Made by a program: the position numbers and the translations under genes. A stretch of 64,000 nt of DNA from Gnetum montanum. Its lineage: Eukaryota; Plantae; Gnetophyta. The stretch is from positions 1 to 64,000 of the forward strand of contig MNCI01003248.1 of the NCBI GenBank assembly GCA_015680685.1. The letters are read 5' to 3'. Under the pieces are notes generated by a model, which saw nothing but the letters and a program-made list of their open reading frames with translations, did no database searches and was not told the DNA's origin. The first letter of the stretch is position 1. Each line of letters begins with the position of its first letter. Positions 22,745 through 34,740 of this stretch are shown here, piece after piece.

Positions 22745-23508
22745 ATGGTGCAGCCAGAGCAGGGCTGTGACAACGGAGTTCTTCTTAGCATTGCTATGGG
22801 TTTTGGCATTAGGGGTTGCAGTGCATTCTCACAAGCCACTTCCACCTTCTGGCAAGTCACCACCCCCACCATCCCCTGCATATCATTATTCATCGCTTCC
22901 TCCACCTCCAACTTATAAGTACACATCTCCTTCTCTGCCTCCTTACCACTACAAGTTGCCTCCACCTACATCTCCGATGTACAAGTATATATCTTCTTCT
23001 CTGGCTCCTTACCACAAGTCCCCTCCACCTCCACCTCCACCTTCAACATGCAAGTATACATCTCTTCCTCCACCTCCTTACCACTACAAATCCCCTCCAC
23101 CTCCATCTCCAACCTAAAATACATATCCCTTCCTTTGCCTCCTTATCACTATAAGTCCCCTCCACCTCAACCTCCTACATACAAGTACACATCCCTTCCT
23201 CCACCTCTAATCTACAAGCACACATCCCTTTCTCCACCTCCTTACTAATACAAGTCTCCTCCACACCACCTCCCATTTACAAGTACACATCTCCTTCTCC
23301 ACTTCCTTACCACTCCAAATCTCCTTCTCCACTTCCTTACCACTCCGAATCTCCTTCTCCACCAACTTACAAATATACATCTCCTCCTTCACCCCCATAC
23401 TACTGCAAGTCCCTTCCACCTCCTAAATGCAAAATTCCTAAACATCCCTATGAGCACCTATACAAGCCTTGCAAATATGCATCCCCACCACCACCCAACC
23501 ACTGTTAA
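22745..23508 (+). pseudogene. EXT: Extensin, copy 2 (pseudogene)
   Basis: Signal peptide FFLALLWVLALGVAVHS has no in-frame ATG (ATG 22745 is out of frame; GTG at 22767). Stop plus frameshift at 23115-23117; in-frame TAA at 23246-23248. C-terminus KPCKYASPPPPNHC* parallels copy 1. TATA-like ctatatat at 22681. Confidence 0.8.
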
Positions 23509-25139
23509 TCCCAAGGAAGACCACTATTTCAGGTTGTTTAATTATTTCTCATTGTACTGCTACACTGCAAATTTTTCTCACAACAGAGTTTAATTATTTT
23601 CATTGATTTGCAGAGGACATGCAGCGCAGATCTCTGCCTCTCTCAATTCAGATGGTCAATGCAGAAGATGTCATTTGACAGTACTTCGTCAGCCAAATAA
23701 AGTAGCTTCTTTGTATGACCTTCAAATTTTGGAAACGCTTCGTAGATTCTTTGTATGCTTAATTAATTCGTCTTACCATTTTTATTATTAAATTCAATCT
23801 GTGGGCTCATGTACTGTCAGAGGGGCTTATTCTTACCGTGTTTATGACTTTTGGAATAAGATCTTCATTTTCTTTGGTATGGAACTTATTAGTGCTTTGT
23901 CCATTGTGCAGTACTGAGCTATCAAACTGTTATATCAGGATTTGCATTAGGACTGCAAGGAAGATATAATTATTAAGTCAATGGACCCTTGAGTTTACCC
24001 GAATTTTGATGTTAACAGTTATTTCTGCCTCCTGGAACAATATTCGTTTTAATTCATGCCGTTAAACAATGATGAAATTCTTCCAATTCAGCGTTGACAG
24101 AAAGTGCATATAAAAGACAATTTCTCCATACCACTGATGTTTTCCTAGAGAAATTTGTATGTTAGTTCGTGTGTTCTAGGCTTAAATATCTGAAATTCTA
24201 CCTGGATCATTGATTTGTCCGTTTCGCTAAACTTTATTACCGTATGTTTTTAGACCGATTTTTTTAAATAAAAAACGCTGAAAACGCTTTGGATCATGGT
24301 ATCCAAATGGCAAGAGCAATTTCTCATGTAGACATTCTACAACACAATTAAAATAATGGAAGTTATTTTCAAAACGTTAATGGGTTAACCATAGGATTCA
24401 CAAGGTATACTTTCAAAAACTTAGATGCATCAACCCTTTAGAAATTTGACCGTTCAAGATGCATCACTCCGCCCACGGCTAGAAATGGACTCCCATATGT
24501 TTTTGGTTTTTTCTTGATCCATAGAATAAGTTCAAAAATTTCAAACACGTATCTACTTAGGGTTTCTTTTAAAGTTACTTTATTCACAATGTATAAACAA
24601 GTTAATTTAAGATTGTTTCAAAGTTAACTTTGTTATTGCTATAATTTATAAATACATTTTTTCTAATTTAATGCATTTACACCTTTAGTATGCTAAAGAA
24701 TTGGGAGAGTTTTTGAATTATCGTAGATCTATTACTATAACTTTGTTTTCTTCTTTTCATCTTTTACTTTAATTTTTATTTTTTTCCTAGATTTTGTTAG
24801 CATACAACTTGATAAAATTAAGTTTGAAAGTTAACCAGTTAACGATTTTCCTTTTATAGTCATCCCTAACCATCAATTTGATGTAAATGTGAATACAATT
24901 ATGTCCAATAACGCCCTATGTCTAAGGGATAAATATAAAAGTATACCTCAAGTTATGCATATAAAAGCTTTAATACACATCTAAAGAAATAACCTAAAAT
25001 TTATTACAAAAACATATTTTTCATCTATCCCTCTCCCTCGCTCTTCATTCTTTACCTTAATAAAACCAACTTTTATGTAGTAATTAATGTGATGATAAAT
25101 ATATATTAAAAATAAAAATTCAAAGTACAAAAGTAGATG

Positions 25140-25900
25140 AGCATTGTAGAGAGGAGAAACTTCAAATCAACAAAATGGAAGGGCCCAACCATTTTAGGGA
25201 TGCCTTTTAGGTTATCATCCTTACAACCTATCTTGAAAACCTCTCCTCTAGGGTAGGAAAAGGATCAGACCTTGCCCTCGTTCAAAAGCACTCAATTGGG
25301 TTTTCACTTTGTACTAAAGGCTTCTTGTTAATAAAAAATAGAAACTAAATAGAAACATTTAAGAAGTTAACTAAAGCATCAACTATTGAATGATGTTAGT
25401 TTGAACTAACAAGGGAAGAAAATTTGCTAGGGAATCTTTGTGAAAAAACATAGTACATCAAAGCTCCTAAATAGCATAAAGAATGAGTGGACCAAAACAA
25501 ATCTAAGCATGAAGCAAAAATCCTTGAAGTTGAGTGTCACTAAATAAAACTTCATTTAAGCTTGGTTGAAAACCATGTAAATACTTGCTACACCAAGTCC
25601 AAGAGCTACAAGCAAAGGGACAAGTAAGAAAACAATAGATGAAAGAGTCTTCCATGTTGTGAACAAGAGATCTTGGATCATAAACACCATATAAAGCAAT
25701 AATAAAGTTTAAAATATCTAAGCTTTTGAGTAGAGGCATTTCATATCTTCTGAATTTGTTGCTTTTACAACTACACATTTTGATTAACCTTCCAAGGATA
25801 ATTGAATCTTGGCCACATATCAGTGTTAGAACTAATAATAGTATATATAATCTTGGACCGATATAGAAAAACATGAATTAATAGTATATACAATCTTGGA
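25140..25900 (-). mobile_element. Degenerate L1-type LINE, 3' part (zf-RVT-like remnant and 3' region)
   Basis: EDSFIYCFLTCPFACSSW resembles the E..H.F..C.FA...W zf-RVT motif. 25200-25350 is repeated at 58520-58660. Confidence 0.5.
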
Positions 25901-26180
25901 CTGATAACTTGTGTATGGAATTTGACTTGGTTTTACAATTGACTATCGACTTAACACTAGCCCTCCTCAACTTTCATTTGGGTTTAGGAGCACTAATGGA
26001 AAAGTTTAAAATGTTGATGATAACAGTTGGTTTATATTATTTAGACTATAAACTTTGATATTATTTTCAAATAGAATGACAACATTGCTAATCATCCATT
26101 ACCTCTCCAACTATTTGTATGGCCCTTCATTTAACATTTTCTTAATTATTTCGTATGTACTCAAAGGTACTAGGTTCAAA

Positions 26181-26330
26181 GTTAGAACCCGAAATAACTG
26201 TAATATAGATATACCCCGAAATATATAGTCCAATTAGAACTTTATAGCTTAGCATTACCCACTAGAATCGAACCCATGACTTAGAGCTTTTAAATCAAAA
26301 ATCTTACTACTAGGCAAACATTTCATTGTT
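26181..26330 (-). mobile_element. tRNA-Pro-related short interspersed repeat, near full-length copy
   Basis: Minus strand AACAATGAAATGTTTGCCTAGTAGTAAG..GGGTTCGATTCTAGTGGG (A and B boxes), followed by an AT-rich body. Many related copies in the window. Confidence 0.7.
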
Positions 26331-26600
26331 ATACTACCACTATTTGACATCTTATACCACTAACATAGATGCCTGTCCAAGGCACTACTAGTTAATACTA
26401 TCTGAAAATTTGTTTCATGTGAAGAAGAACATCTTAGTTTTAACATTGTAGTTGATTGTTTGATTTCCTTTTTTACTTTGTAAATATATCACTAAGTAAA
26501 TTAAGCTTCCAATGGTTGTTAGCTGCAACTTTAAATCGTAACAATTTTTGGCCTTGTGAACTCTATGGCACAAACATGAGATTGTAAAAATGATATAGTG

Positions 26601-26811
26601 TAATGAGATGTTAACCTAGTTGTATGACTCTTGATTTAGAATCTCTAAGTTATGGGTTCAATTCTAGTGGGCAATACTAAGTTATAAAGTTCTAGTTGGA
26701 CTATATGTATTGGTGGTAAATATGGTTTTGGGTTCAAACACCCTCCCTTCCTTCCTCACCCACCCCCACCCACCCCACCGCACCCCCGCACCCCCCCACC
26801 TCCCCCCCACC
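26601..26811 (+). mobile_element. tRNA-Pro-related repeat with a ~70-nt C-rich tail (26740-26811)
   Basis: GAGATGTTAACCTAGTTGTATGACTCTTGATTTAG..GGGTTCAATTCTAGTGGG..GGGTTCAAACA, then a CCCCA-rich tract. Head-to-head with the 26181 copy. Confidence 0.7.
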
Positions 26812-27182
26812 AAAACCTCTACACTCTTCCCCACTTAAAAGAAGTGTCATCCTCAAAGCTTAAATATTTATCCATGTAATTTTTCAAACATGGAAATCAA
26901 AGTGGATATCAAGGGTATCAAACAACTTAAAGCCCATCTCATAATTATAGACAAGAAGGTTCGATGGTTATGGTAATCAACCATAAAGCATGAATGTTAA
27001 ACTCAACTTGACATTCAATTTAGGTTTAGAGATTCTTGTGTAACCTAGATAAAGGAAGAAAAAGTTTGTCTTTTTTCATGCAAACTATACTAACCTTTCT
27101 ACCTAGAGCAAGGTCTCACTTAAAATGCAAACCAATCCTCTACACATTGTAGTGATACAAGTGTGTAGACATCTAGAGGCAC

Positions 27183-27340
27183 TCATTTCTCCTTTAAGAA
27201 CATTAGGACATTCCCTCCTCCTTTGAGAATGTTGGAGTATTCCCTCCCCTTTTGAGAACATTGGGGCATTCCCTCCCCTTTTTGAGAACCCTAGAACTTT
27301 CCTTTCCCTTTTAAAAATATTGGAGCATTTCTTCCCCTTA
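27183..27340. repeat. Minisatellite, ~5 diverged copies of a ~29-30 bp unit (CATTCCCTCCCCTTTTGAGAACATTGGRG)
   Basis: Directly visible; no unique spacers. Confidence 0.8.
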
Positions 27341-28639
27341 TTTTTTTTTATTTTTTAATTTTACCTAATGTATCAACCCATCAAAGAAGTCGCAACACCA
27401 AGCTAGCCATGATTCATTCTACTTGGCACATGCTACCATTTGAATGTTAGCTCCTTCACCTTCACTAAGGTGTTCAAGTCCTTATGAACTTATTGCATGA
27501 AATCCAAAAGTCTCATCTCTTTCTCTTGATCATCCCCATTAAAAATCATCAATGAAGTATAAGGATCATACTCAATTGCATTCATTGTACAATTGTCCTC
27601 TTTATTTTTTTCACCATTTGCATTCAAAGGACTATGAGGAAAATCCATAGCAAAGTGATTTCCAACATAAACATAGCACTTAATCCTTGGGCATCTCCAA
27701 AGATTTTAAGAAAAACACCACTCGCCCCACCTTCCCCCCCACCNTGGGAAGATTGATGTTTTCCATACCCTAGGTAAGAAGATTAATTACATAGTGTAGG
27801 GATAGCATATGAGTTATTGATTCCACCAGTACTATTTTGTCCACCACTTTCTAAGGCTTGTTACTCTCTTTCTTATTCTTGTGTGGTAATTTCACTACAC
27901 CCTTATCTTTCTTCCCTACCTCTAATCTACCAAACTACTAGCAACCTAAATTGCTTTCTTGTATCTTGTGATCTTTCAAGATTTTTGTTTACATTGAACC
28001 TAAGGTTTAGATTCTAACAAGTATGGGAAGGTTACACACCATTATGTTCTATTTCTATCCTACAAAAGTTTCATATTGTCTACATGTGGTAGTTTCAAAC
28101 CCCAAAAAGAAAGTTTTATTAATCAAAATAAAGCATCAAATACACATGTAGCATCTCACAAAATAGATAGAAAGGGTAAAAAATACATCAATAGCATTTC
28201 ATAGAATAGATAGAAATAATAAGAAAGGAAAGAATCAAAGGATTTGGAGATGCCTATTTAGAGTTTCATCCTTACAATCAGATCAATAATAAAAGAAAGA
28301 AGCACCCTTTTGGGAATTCGCTTCTCACCAACAACTAACTATAATCAATAATACAAGTAGAATAAAAAAAGAATCAAATGAAGTATATGATAACCAAAAT
28401 TTAAAAAAGGAACTCCCTTATAAAGAACTATGTTGAATAAGATTACTTACACTAGAGCTTCTACGATTCATAAATCTAAACCAAGGCTACAAAAGATGAA
28501 TTGACTAATTAATCTCTAACTGAACCTTTAGAAATTGGAGTATAATTTGGAAAGGGACAAGGCAAAAGATCTGCAATTTCTCCACAATAGTTAGATAATA
28601 AATATTTGAATATTCTATTTTCTTGAAAATGATATTACA

Positions 28640-29524
28640 ATTGTGTTTCAAATATGAAAGAGAATAATGGGCATGATAACATTCCAAAGAAATTTGAAAT
28701 TCATGGATGTAATAGGTAAAAAACCAAAAATAAAAAATAAAAACATCATCTTTAGATCACCGAAAATTTGGAATAACTTTGCATGCTCAAATCCAAGTGC
28801 ATTGAGCAAAAGGAAACTATTAAAAGGCATGAATAAAATCATCAATAGCTCCATAGAAAGGGCAAATAGAAGTATGAATCCAAGATGTTCAAGATGTTTG
28901 ATAATAGATAAACCCTAATGAAGGAGATGAGAAAGAAACTGTTGAATTATAGGTAGAGTAGGAAGATTTCATATTCACTTGAAAGTGGACATCCTACATT
29001 ATTCTCATTCCTATTTATGCCAAAACCTATTACAATAATTGACAGTGGTTGAAGAGTCATGCAAAAGCTAAAATGGAACATGCAACTTATAAGGTAAAAG
29101 TTTTAATCCATTAGTTCAACAAGGTCATGAAAAATACTTTGCATTGAAGCATCCAACTGTAAATAGTGGTAAATAAAATTATAAATTTGATCACAACAAT
29201 GATGCATGGTTGCAGAAACCCTATACAAATTATCAAAAATTTCCCAAGAAATCCATTAGTTGACAAGATGTAAATAGCTAAGAAAAATCACTTCCTTCTT
29301 AAACTAAGAAGCAACCACTCACAAATTTGTATCAATAAGAGGAGTAAGTGAAAGAGGTAACCACCATAGAAAAACCTTGGAAAGAAGACTAAGATTGATC
29401 TTAACCTTAGTTCAATCTATATAATCATGTAATATCTACCAATCCCTCCTAATGCTTTTGAAAACATGAAATCTAAGAATGATAATCATATGAGGAGAAA
29501 GAATCTAACTAATGAAGTGGATAC
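28640..29524 (-). mobile_element. Degenerate L1-type LINE reverse-transcriptase remnant; probably continues at 35716-~36350 beyond the inserted LTR element
   Basis: Minus-strand ..LLFALSMELLMILF.. and ..LFQIFGDLKMMF.. resemble the RT motifs SP.LF.L.ME.L and (L)FADD. Heavily decayed. Confidence 0.45.
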
Positions 29525-30240
29525 TGATGAGTGGCAAGGTACCCCTACACTCAACCATATGAATACGAGCGTTCTCACGCGCGATCCGGTCGAACTCCGC
29601 ATACGGACTAGTTGTGGCACCTAGATCGTTAACCGTAGGTCGCAGTTCGTTGTCTTCCCACCTGGACTAGTGTTATATTTGTCACGTATGGTTTAGTCCA
29701 GAGTGAGGTGTATGATATGTTTCCTAATCTAATGCTACTCCTGAAGGCAATAGAAAGAGAATATTAACTAAGCTAAGCTAGGGGAGAAAGGGTAAGAGAG
29801 TCTAATCTAGCCTAAGTGCGATGNTGTCCAAGTATGTCACACTCGAATAAAGGATGCTGTACAATTACATTCACCACACTGCGGGCAGACATGGGAAAAT
29901 AATCTATCTTTGGAGGGATCAAACTGCCAGAGTTTCACTACAATCTAACCTAATGATGTCAAACAAGGGAGAGCCACTTCTTATTTATAGACATTGCGAC
30001 GGACTGCGATATCGCGTAAGCGATATCGCAGGGGAAGATGTGATATCATGGTGGACGCGATATCGCGTCCCATCATACCCCCACGACTGGATAAAACCTC
30101 GTCCTCAAGTTACAGTGATTACACAGTGGATAGGTATGGGATTATTAATGGAAAAAGAAATGGAATGATGCCGCTGTGTGGGAAGAAACAAAATAAAAAC
30201 ACGACACACAGAATATGCTACAACTACAAAAATTTAGAAC

Positions 30241-30807
30241 TCATGTAGTTCCTGGTGGCGGTGGCTCCTCCATTGGTGCCTTCCCTTTGTCTTGTGCTCT
30301 AGACTTTGAGGCTTGATGGCATTGAAGTATGGCCTGGAGCTTTTCCTCTTGTAAGGCCTTGAGTGCCTTGGCGCACATGTAAGTTTGCACTGGTGCCATA
30401 GTTAGCCTTCTCGTTTGCTTCCGCCACCCTTTTATTCTCTATCAACAGTTTATTAAGTTGCTTGGTTTTGAAAGTGTCCAGTTGGTTCTGAGCAACCTTT
30501 GGCCCTGTATTCGGAAGGTTTAATACTTCTGAAATGGAACAGAGAAATCAACAGTCACACCACAATTTTTAACCGTGGTGCTTTCTTCTTTATTGTGCCA
30601 GAATTGGTGCGTTTCCCCTAAGTACCAGGCACCGCTTTTGGAGAGGGTAGGCCTTAATTGTCCAGCAGCAGGGTCTTCTTGGTGGATACTACATGATTGT
30701 TCCTCCTGCTCTACATGTTTTTCAGTAGGAACTTGTCCTTCACCTCTCCTAGGTTGTTTGATCACACCTTGAGCAGGACCTTCCTGTTGTCCGTGTTTCG
30801 TGGCCAT
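30241..30807 (-). pseudogene. Extra (env-like position) ORF of the LTR element, ~188 codons with two compensating frameshifts
   Basis: MATKHGQQEG..VKNCGVTVDFSV / ISEVLNLPNTG.. / ..DKGKAPMEEPPPPGTT*. The V.GV.VDFS...I...L.LP pattern resembles, from memory, Athila extra-ORF / putative plant transposon proteins. Confidence 0.55.
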
Positions 30808-31301
30808 TTGCAATCACACGAAACTAATTGTTAGTAAGGTTGTTACTAAAGTTAGGTTATACCTTACTGCTTACCTTAATTAATGATCGTATATTATCAT
30901 GTGTGATAGTGCTTGAAAGTTTGTAATAATGGGTCATGTGACTTAGGTGGTTTCCATGTTTAATTTCCCGGTATACCTAAGGGTTATATGATTTTTAGGC
31001 ACAATTATTCTAAGTGTTAAAGTTAATTATCCTAATTGATGTCCTTTGGGAGATGGTAAATTTCAAAAAAATTAGGCACTTTTTGGAAAGTGTCTCTCCC
31101 CCACGACTAAGCTGAACACTCCGAGTTCAAGTAGGTTCAAACGGAATTAAAATTGGAGTACCAGCAAGCGAGATATGAGTAGAAAAGCAAGGTTCACTCA
31201 ATCGCAAGTTGTAGAGAAAATTTTCAAAAACTCCCCCCCCCCGTGTGAATGACAAAATGATGCTAAGTGTTGCGGGGGGTGACCTATTTATAGGTGGCGG
31301 G

Positions 31302-31435
31302 NNNNNNNNNNNNNNNNNNNNNNNNNNNNNNNNNNNNNNNNNNNNNNNNNNNNNNNNNNNNNNNNNNNNNNNNNNNNNNNNNNNNNNNNNNNNNNNNNNN
31401 NNNNNNNNNNNNNNNNNNNNNNNNNNNNNNNNNNN
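31302..31435. other. Assembly gap (134 N)
   Basis: Run of n. Confidence 1.
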
Positions 31436-32779
31436 TTTTTAATGATTTTTTTGAAATTAACATTCGAAATTGAGGACATTAGCTATGATCAAAATGTGCT
31501 AGGAAAATTTCATTAAATAAAAAGGCACCATTAATGATAATGATGTGAATTTTATCAATAAAACCTTGGTTGGTAAGAAAAAGGGTATGTAATGGTATAG
31601 AGGAACATTAAAATTCAGAGGGATAATAATAGGGAAAGAAAATCAATTAAAAATTAAGCTGAGGATAAGAAATGGTGTGTGTGAGCAATGTCGTAAGTGA
31701 AGATCACAACAAAAGTTACACAAGTGGGTCCTCCCCAAAGCAGGTTCCAACCTATAATGCCCTTGTGTAATCACACTTAAAGTGTCTGTGGGCACTAGAA
31801 GGGTTAAATGTAATCCGCACTAACTCCACAAAACACACACATGTAAATATCACTGGAATGAGATGAAAATTCTATGCTACACGAGACATAAGCTACAATT
31901 ACCTGAATAGTGAGATGAGACGGAGTATAGAAGGGATCATAGAGATTGGGACATGAGATAACTGGCCCAAGGCACAATGAATGCTACGTGTAAGCATGAT
32001 TAAGGTGTCATTAACCCATCGTTCCAAGATCAAGACCAAGTCCATTCCTCCTAATCAGTGACATCACATTGTTTCATCCCATGATAAACAACTATGAGAG
32101 TACCATGGCAACAAGGCGTACGATCACTTGGCGTGTTATACAAGGGAGAAGTGATTTTTCTTTTATGACACTTTTTTTTTTTTGAATACTGAACACTGAA
32201 TCCAGAGAAATTGCCAACCTTCAGGCATGGGTGCATGTCTTTCTAGTGGGACCCCCTAGAACAGCGTTTGATTTCGAGTGCCCTTTTGATTACTCTTACT
32301 CCCATTTTTCATTAAATCTACAAGGATCTTAGTACAACCACGTTGCATGATAACTTCCACAAACGTCACCAAAGAGAATCCACAAGTCCCCTTGATGTCA
32401 CACCCTAATCATTCCCTCTTGGTCCATCCTTCTTCATTCTGGGTACAATGAACACAAAATTAATTTTAAGTCTTTAGAATTTCAAGAATATCACTGTACC
32501 CTCAAACAAAACCTCTTATTTGTAGAGTGGATGAGTGGGTACAATGGGCTCACTATTCCAAATAATTGATCACTCATGACTTAATAACATAAAACACACC
32601 TCAGCCAATGATCCACATGAGTGTTTTATTCGTAGATGAGATTACTTACAAATGCATAAAAAGACAAAAACACAAAAAGATAAAAAGATAAAACAAAAAG
32701 TTGAAAAATGAAAAACTGGAAAAAAAAAAGTTGTAAAATTAAAGAAAATAAAAAGTATTTATTAATCCTGCTTGTTATT

Positions 32780-34740
32780 AAAATTGGGGATATCCCCCAT
32801 AACTAAACGGTTGAGAATGGAAAGGATTAATAAATGGAAGATGAGGATCCTTGCATGTTGGAAGTATTAGGACTGGTCCATACTTACCCCATTGGGGTTC
32901 ACACACTTGATTATAATGAGCATAGTGGGGCACTTTATACGATGTAGTTCCCAGATAACGAGTTGACCCACTATGATGTTTGGGACCGTTAGATGGTATG
33001 CAAGGATTAGGTTGTTGCCTTCCATGACTGTGTTCATTAGGCCATATGGTTGTTGGAGCATGAGTTGGTGGCCTTGATGAATTTACAGGAGGCGTTGGGT
33101 TTGAAGATAAGGGTGCACCACAATGTGGGACTTGTGCTAGGTTGGAAGATGCAGTGGCCTCAAAATTGTGTTTTCCCTTCTTACGGCCGTGTTTAAAGAA
33201 AGCACGCTTTTGGTGTTGAGGAGGCTTTTCACTGCTATTAGAAGTAGTAGCACAAGTGTCGTTTGTGGGTTGTTGTGGTGGTGCAGACACCTTAGGAACA
33301 GTTGGTGGAAATGTAGAAGGAGGGAAAGGATGAGAATGATGAAAATGAGGAGAAGTGTAGGATACACAAGGTGGTGCTTGTGTTGGAGGCATGGGTTGAT
33401 AGTATTGAAGAGAATGGTACTGTGGTGAGATAAAGTGTGTTGGCCTAGTTGGAGAAACAGGATGTTGAACAAGATAAGCATTTGGATTCAGATTATATGA
33501 AGGGTGCCTCCAATTTGCCACTGTGATCGAACATAGTATCTCTGTACAAACTCTGGATGTAACGTGTTTCCCCAATGCTCATGTAAATGTAACAATATTG
33601 GGCATTGGCCCTTGGGGTGATCGTACAGGCATATGTTGAATTCATATGTATGATTAGCAGTTGAGCACTTATTCCCTTTATTTTTTTTTTCCGAATGTCT
33701 AATGTTTCGCCCTGCTTCTTGGGTTATCAAAACTCTATCTCCAATAATGTTGATAAATTCTCCATACTTTTGATACGTCCATTCCAACATCTTCTTGATC
33801 TTTGCCTCGGCTTCCTCTAATGATTGTTGTATCGATAAAGATGATTCTTCCACCTTGAGATTGGTTGATTTCTACTTCTTATGATCATGGACCTTTGTTA
33901 AGTTGAAATTCTGGTCCCGTTGATGTTTTTCAACACTCTCCCATCTACCTAATTCTCCTTCTTCTTTTGCTACCCACTTAATGAGCTCTTGGACTTGATG
34001 GGTTCGTAGTTTGTATAGTTGACCTTGGGCATAGATTCCTAATGTCTCTCTTGTTTCATTACATAGCCTGTTAATGATATGGTACATTAGCCTTTCCTTG
34101 GAAAACCCATGGCCTAAACAGTTGTTTAATAGTGCATAATATCTTTTTAAGGCCATGTCCAAGGGTTCATGTTGTGCTTGTTTCCATCCTTGGATTTTTT
34201 TCCTCAATTTTGACACTCTTGCATAGGTTTGATATTTTTCGTTAAAAACTTCTACCATTTTTGACCAACGTTGTACTAAATTTGGTTTTAACAATCTATA
34301 CCATACTTTGACTTGGTCATCGAGTGTCATGGGAAAGAGCTTAAGTTTTTGCCAACCATTATCAATGTTGTTCCATGTGCAAGCATCGTAGAAGGCTTGT
34401 AAATGTTGATGCAGATCTAAGTCATAGCCTTTGAAAAAAGTAGGGGAGTTGTTTAAATCGAGCCTGGGTAGATGGCTCTCTTTACGATGCCTACGTCCGA
34501 TTCGAATAACCTCTTGTATTTGCGTTAGGCTTATAGTGGCCAGTAGGGGTTCATCGTCATCAAGTAAGTTATGCTTTCATATGTTGCGATGACATTGTTT
34601 TTGTTCATGTTTATAAGAAACCCCTACTTCGGGTTGCATACTCCAATCTTCATCGTCATATAGTTCGTTGGTTTTCCAATAAACTTCCTCACTAAGTGTG
34701 GCATTATTGTAATCTTGTAGGAGAGGCATTGTTTTGCAGT
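32780..34740 (-). pseudogene. gag: gag (retrotransposon gag domain plus Pro/His-rich tail), with stops and frameshifts
   Basis: HLQAFYDAC..KLKLFPMTLDDQVKVWY..WSKMVEVFNEKY..IQGWKQAQHEPL, paralogous to 40949-41400. No protease, RT, RNase H or integrase motifs before the PPT-like TTATGGGGGA at ~32793-32802. Confidence 0.8.

Noticed and set aside
4423-23508. PLAC8 + TBL + extensins as a cell-wall gene cluster
   Set aside because: Large common families, no shared pathway step, and both extensins are damaged; adjacency is unremarkable without co-expression data.
27183-27340. ~30-bp periodic repeat (and the 1733-2096 array) as CRISPR-like
   Set aside because: No unique spacers, no cas genes, eukaryotic context; these are minisatellites.
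29820-29830. 3' LTR about 295 bp shorter than its 5' partner
   Set aside because: The missing part maps to the N at 29824, so it is an assembly collapse and not a real deletion.
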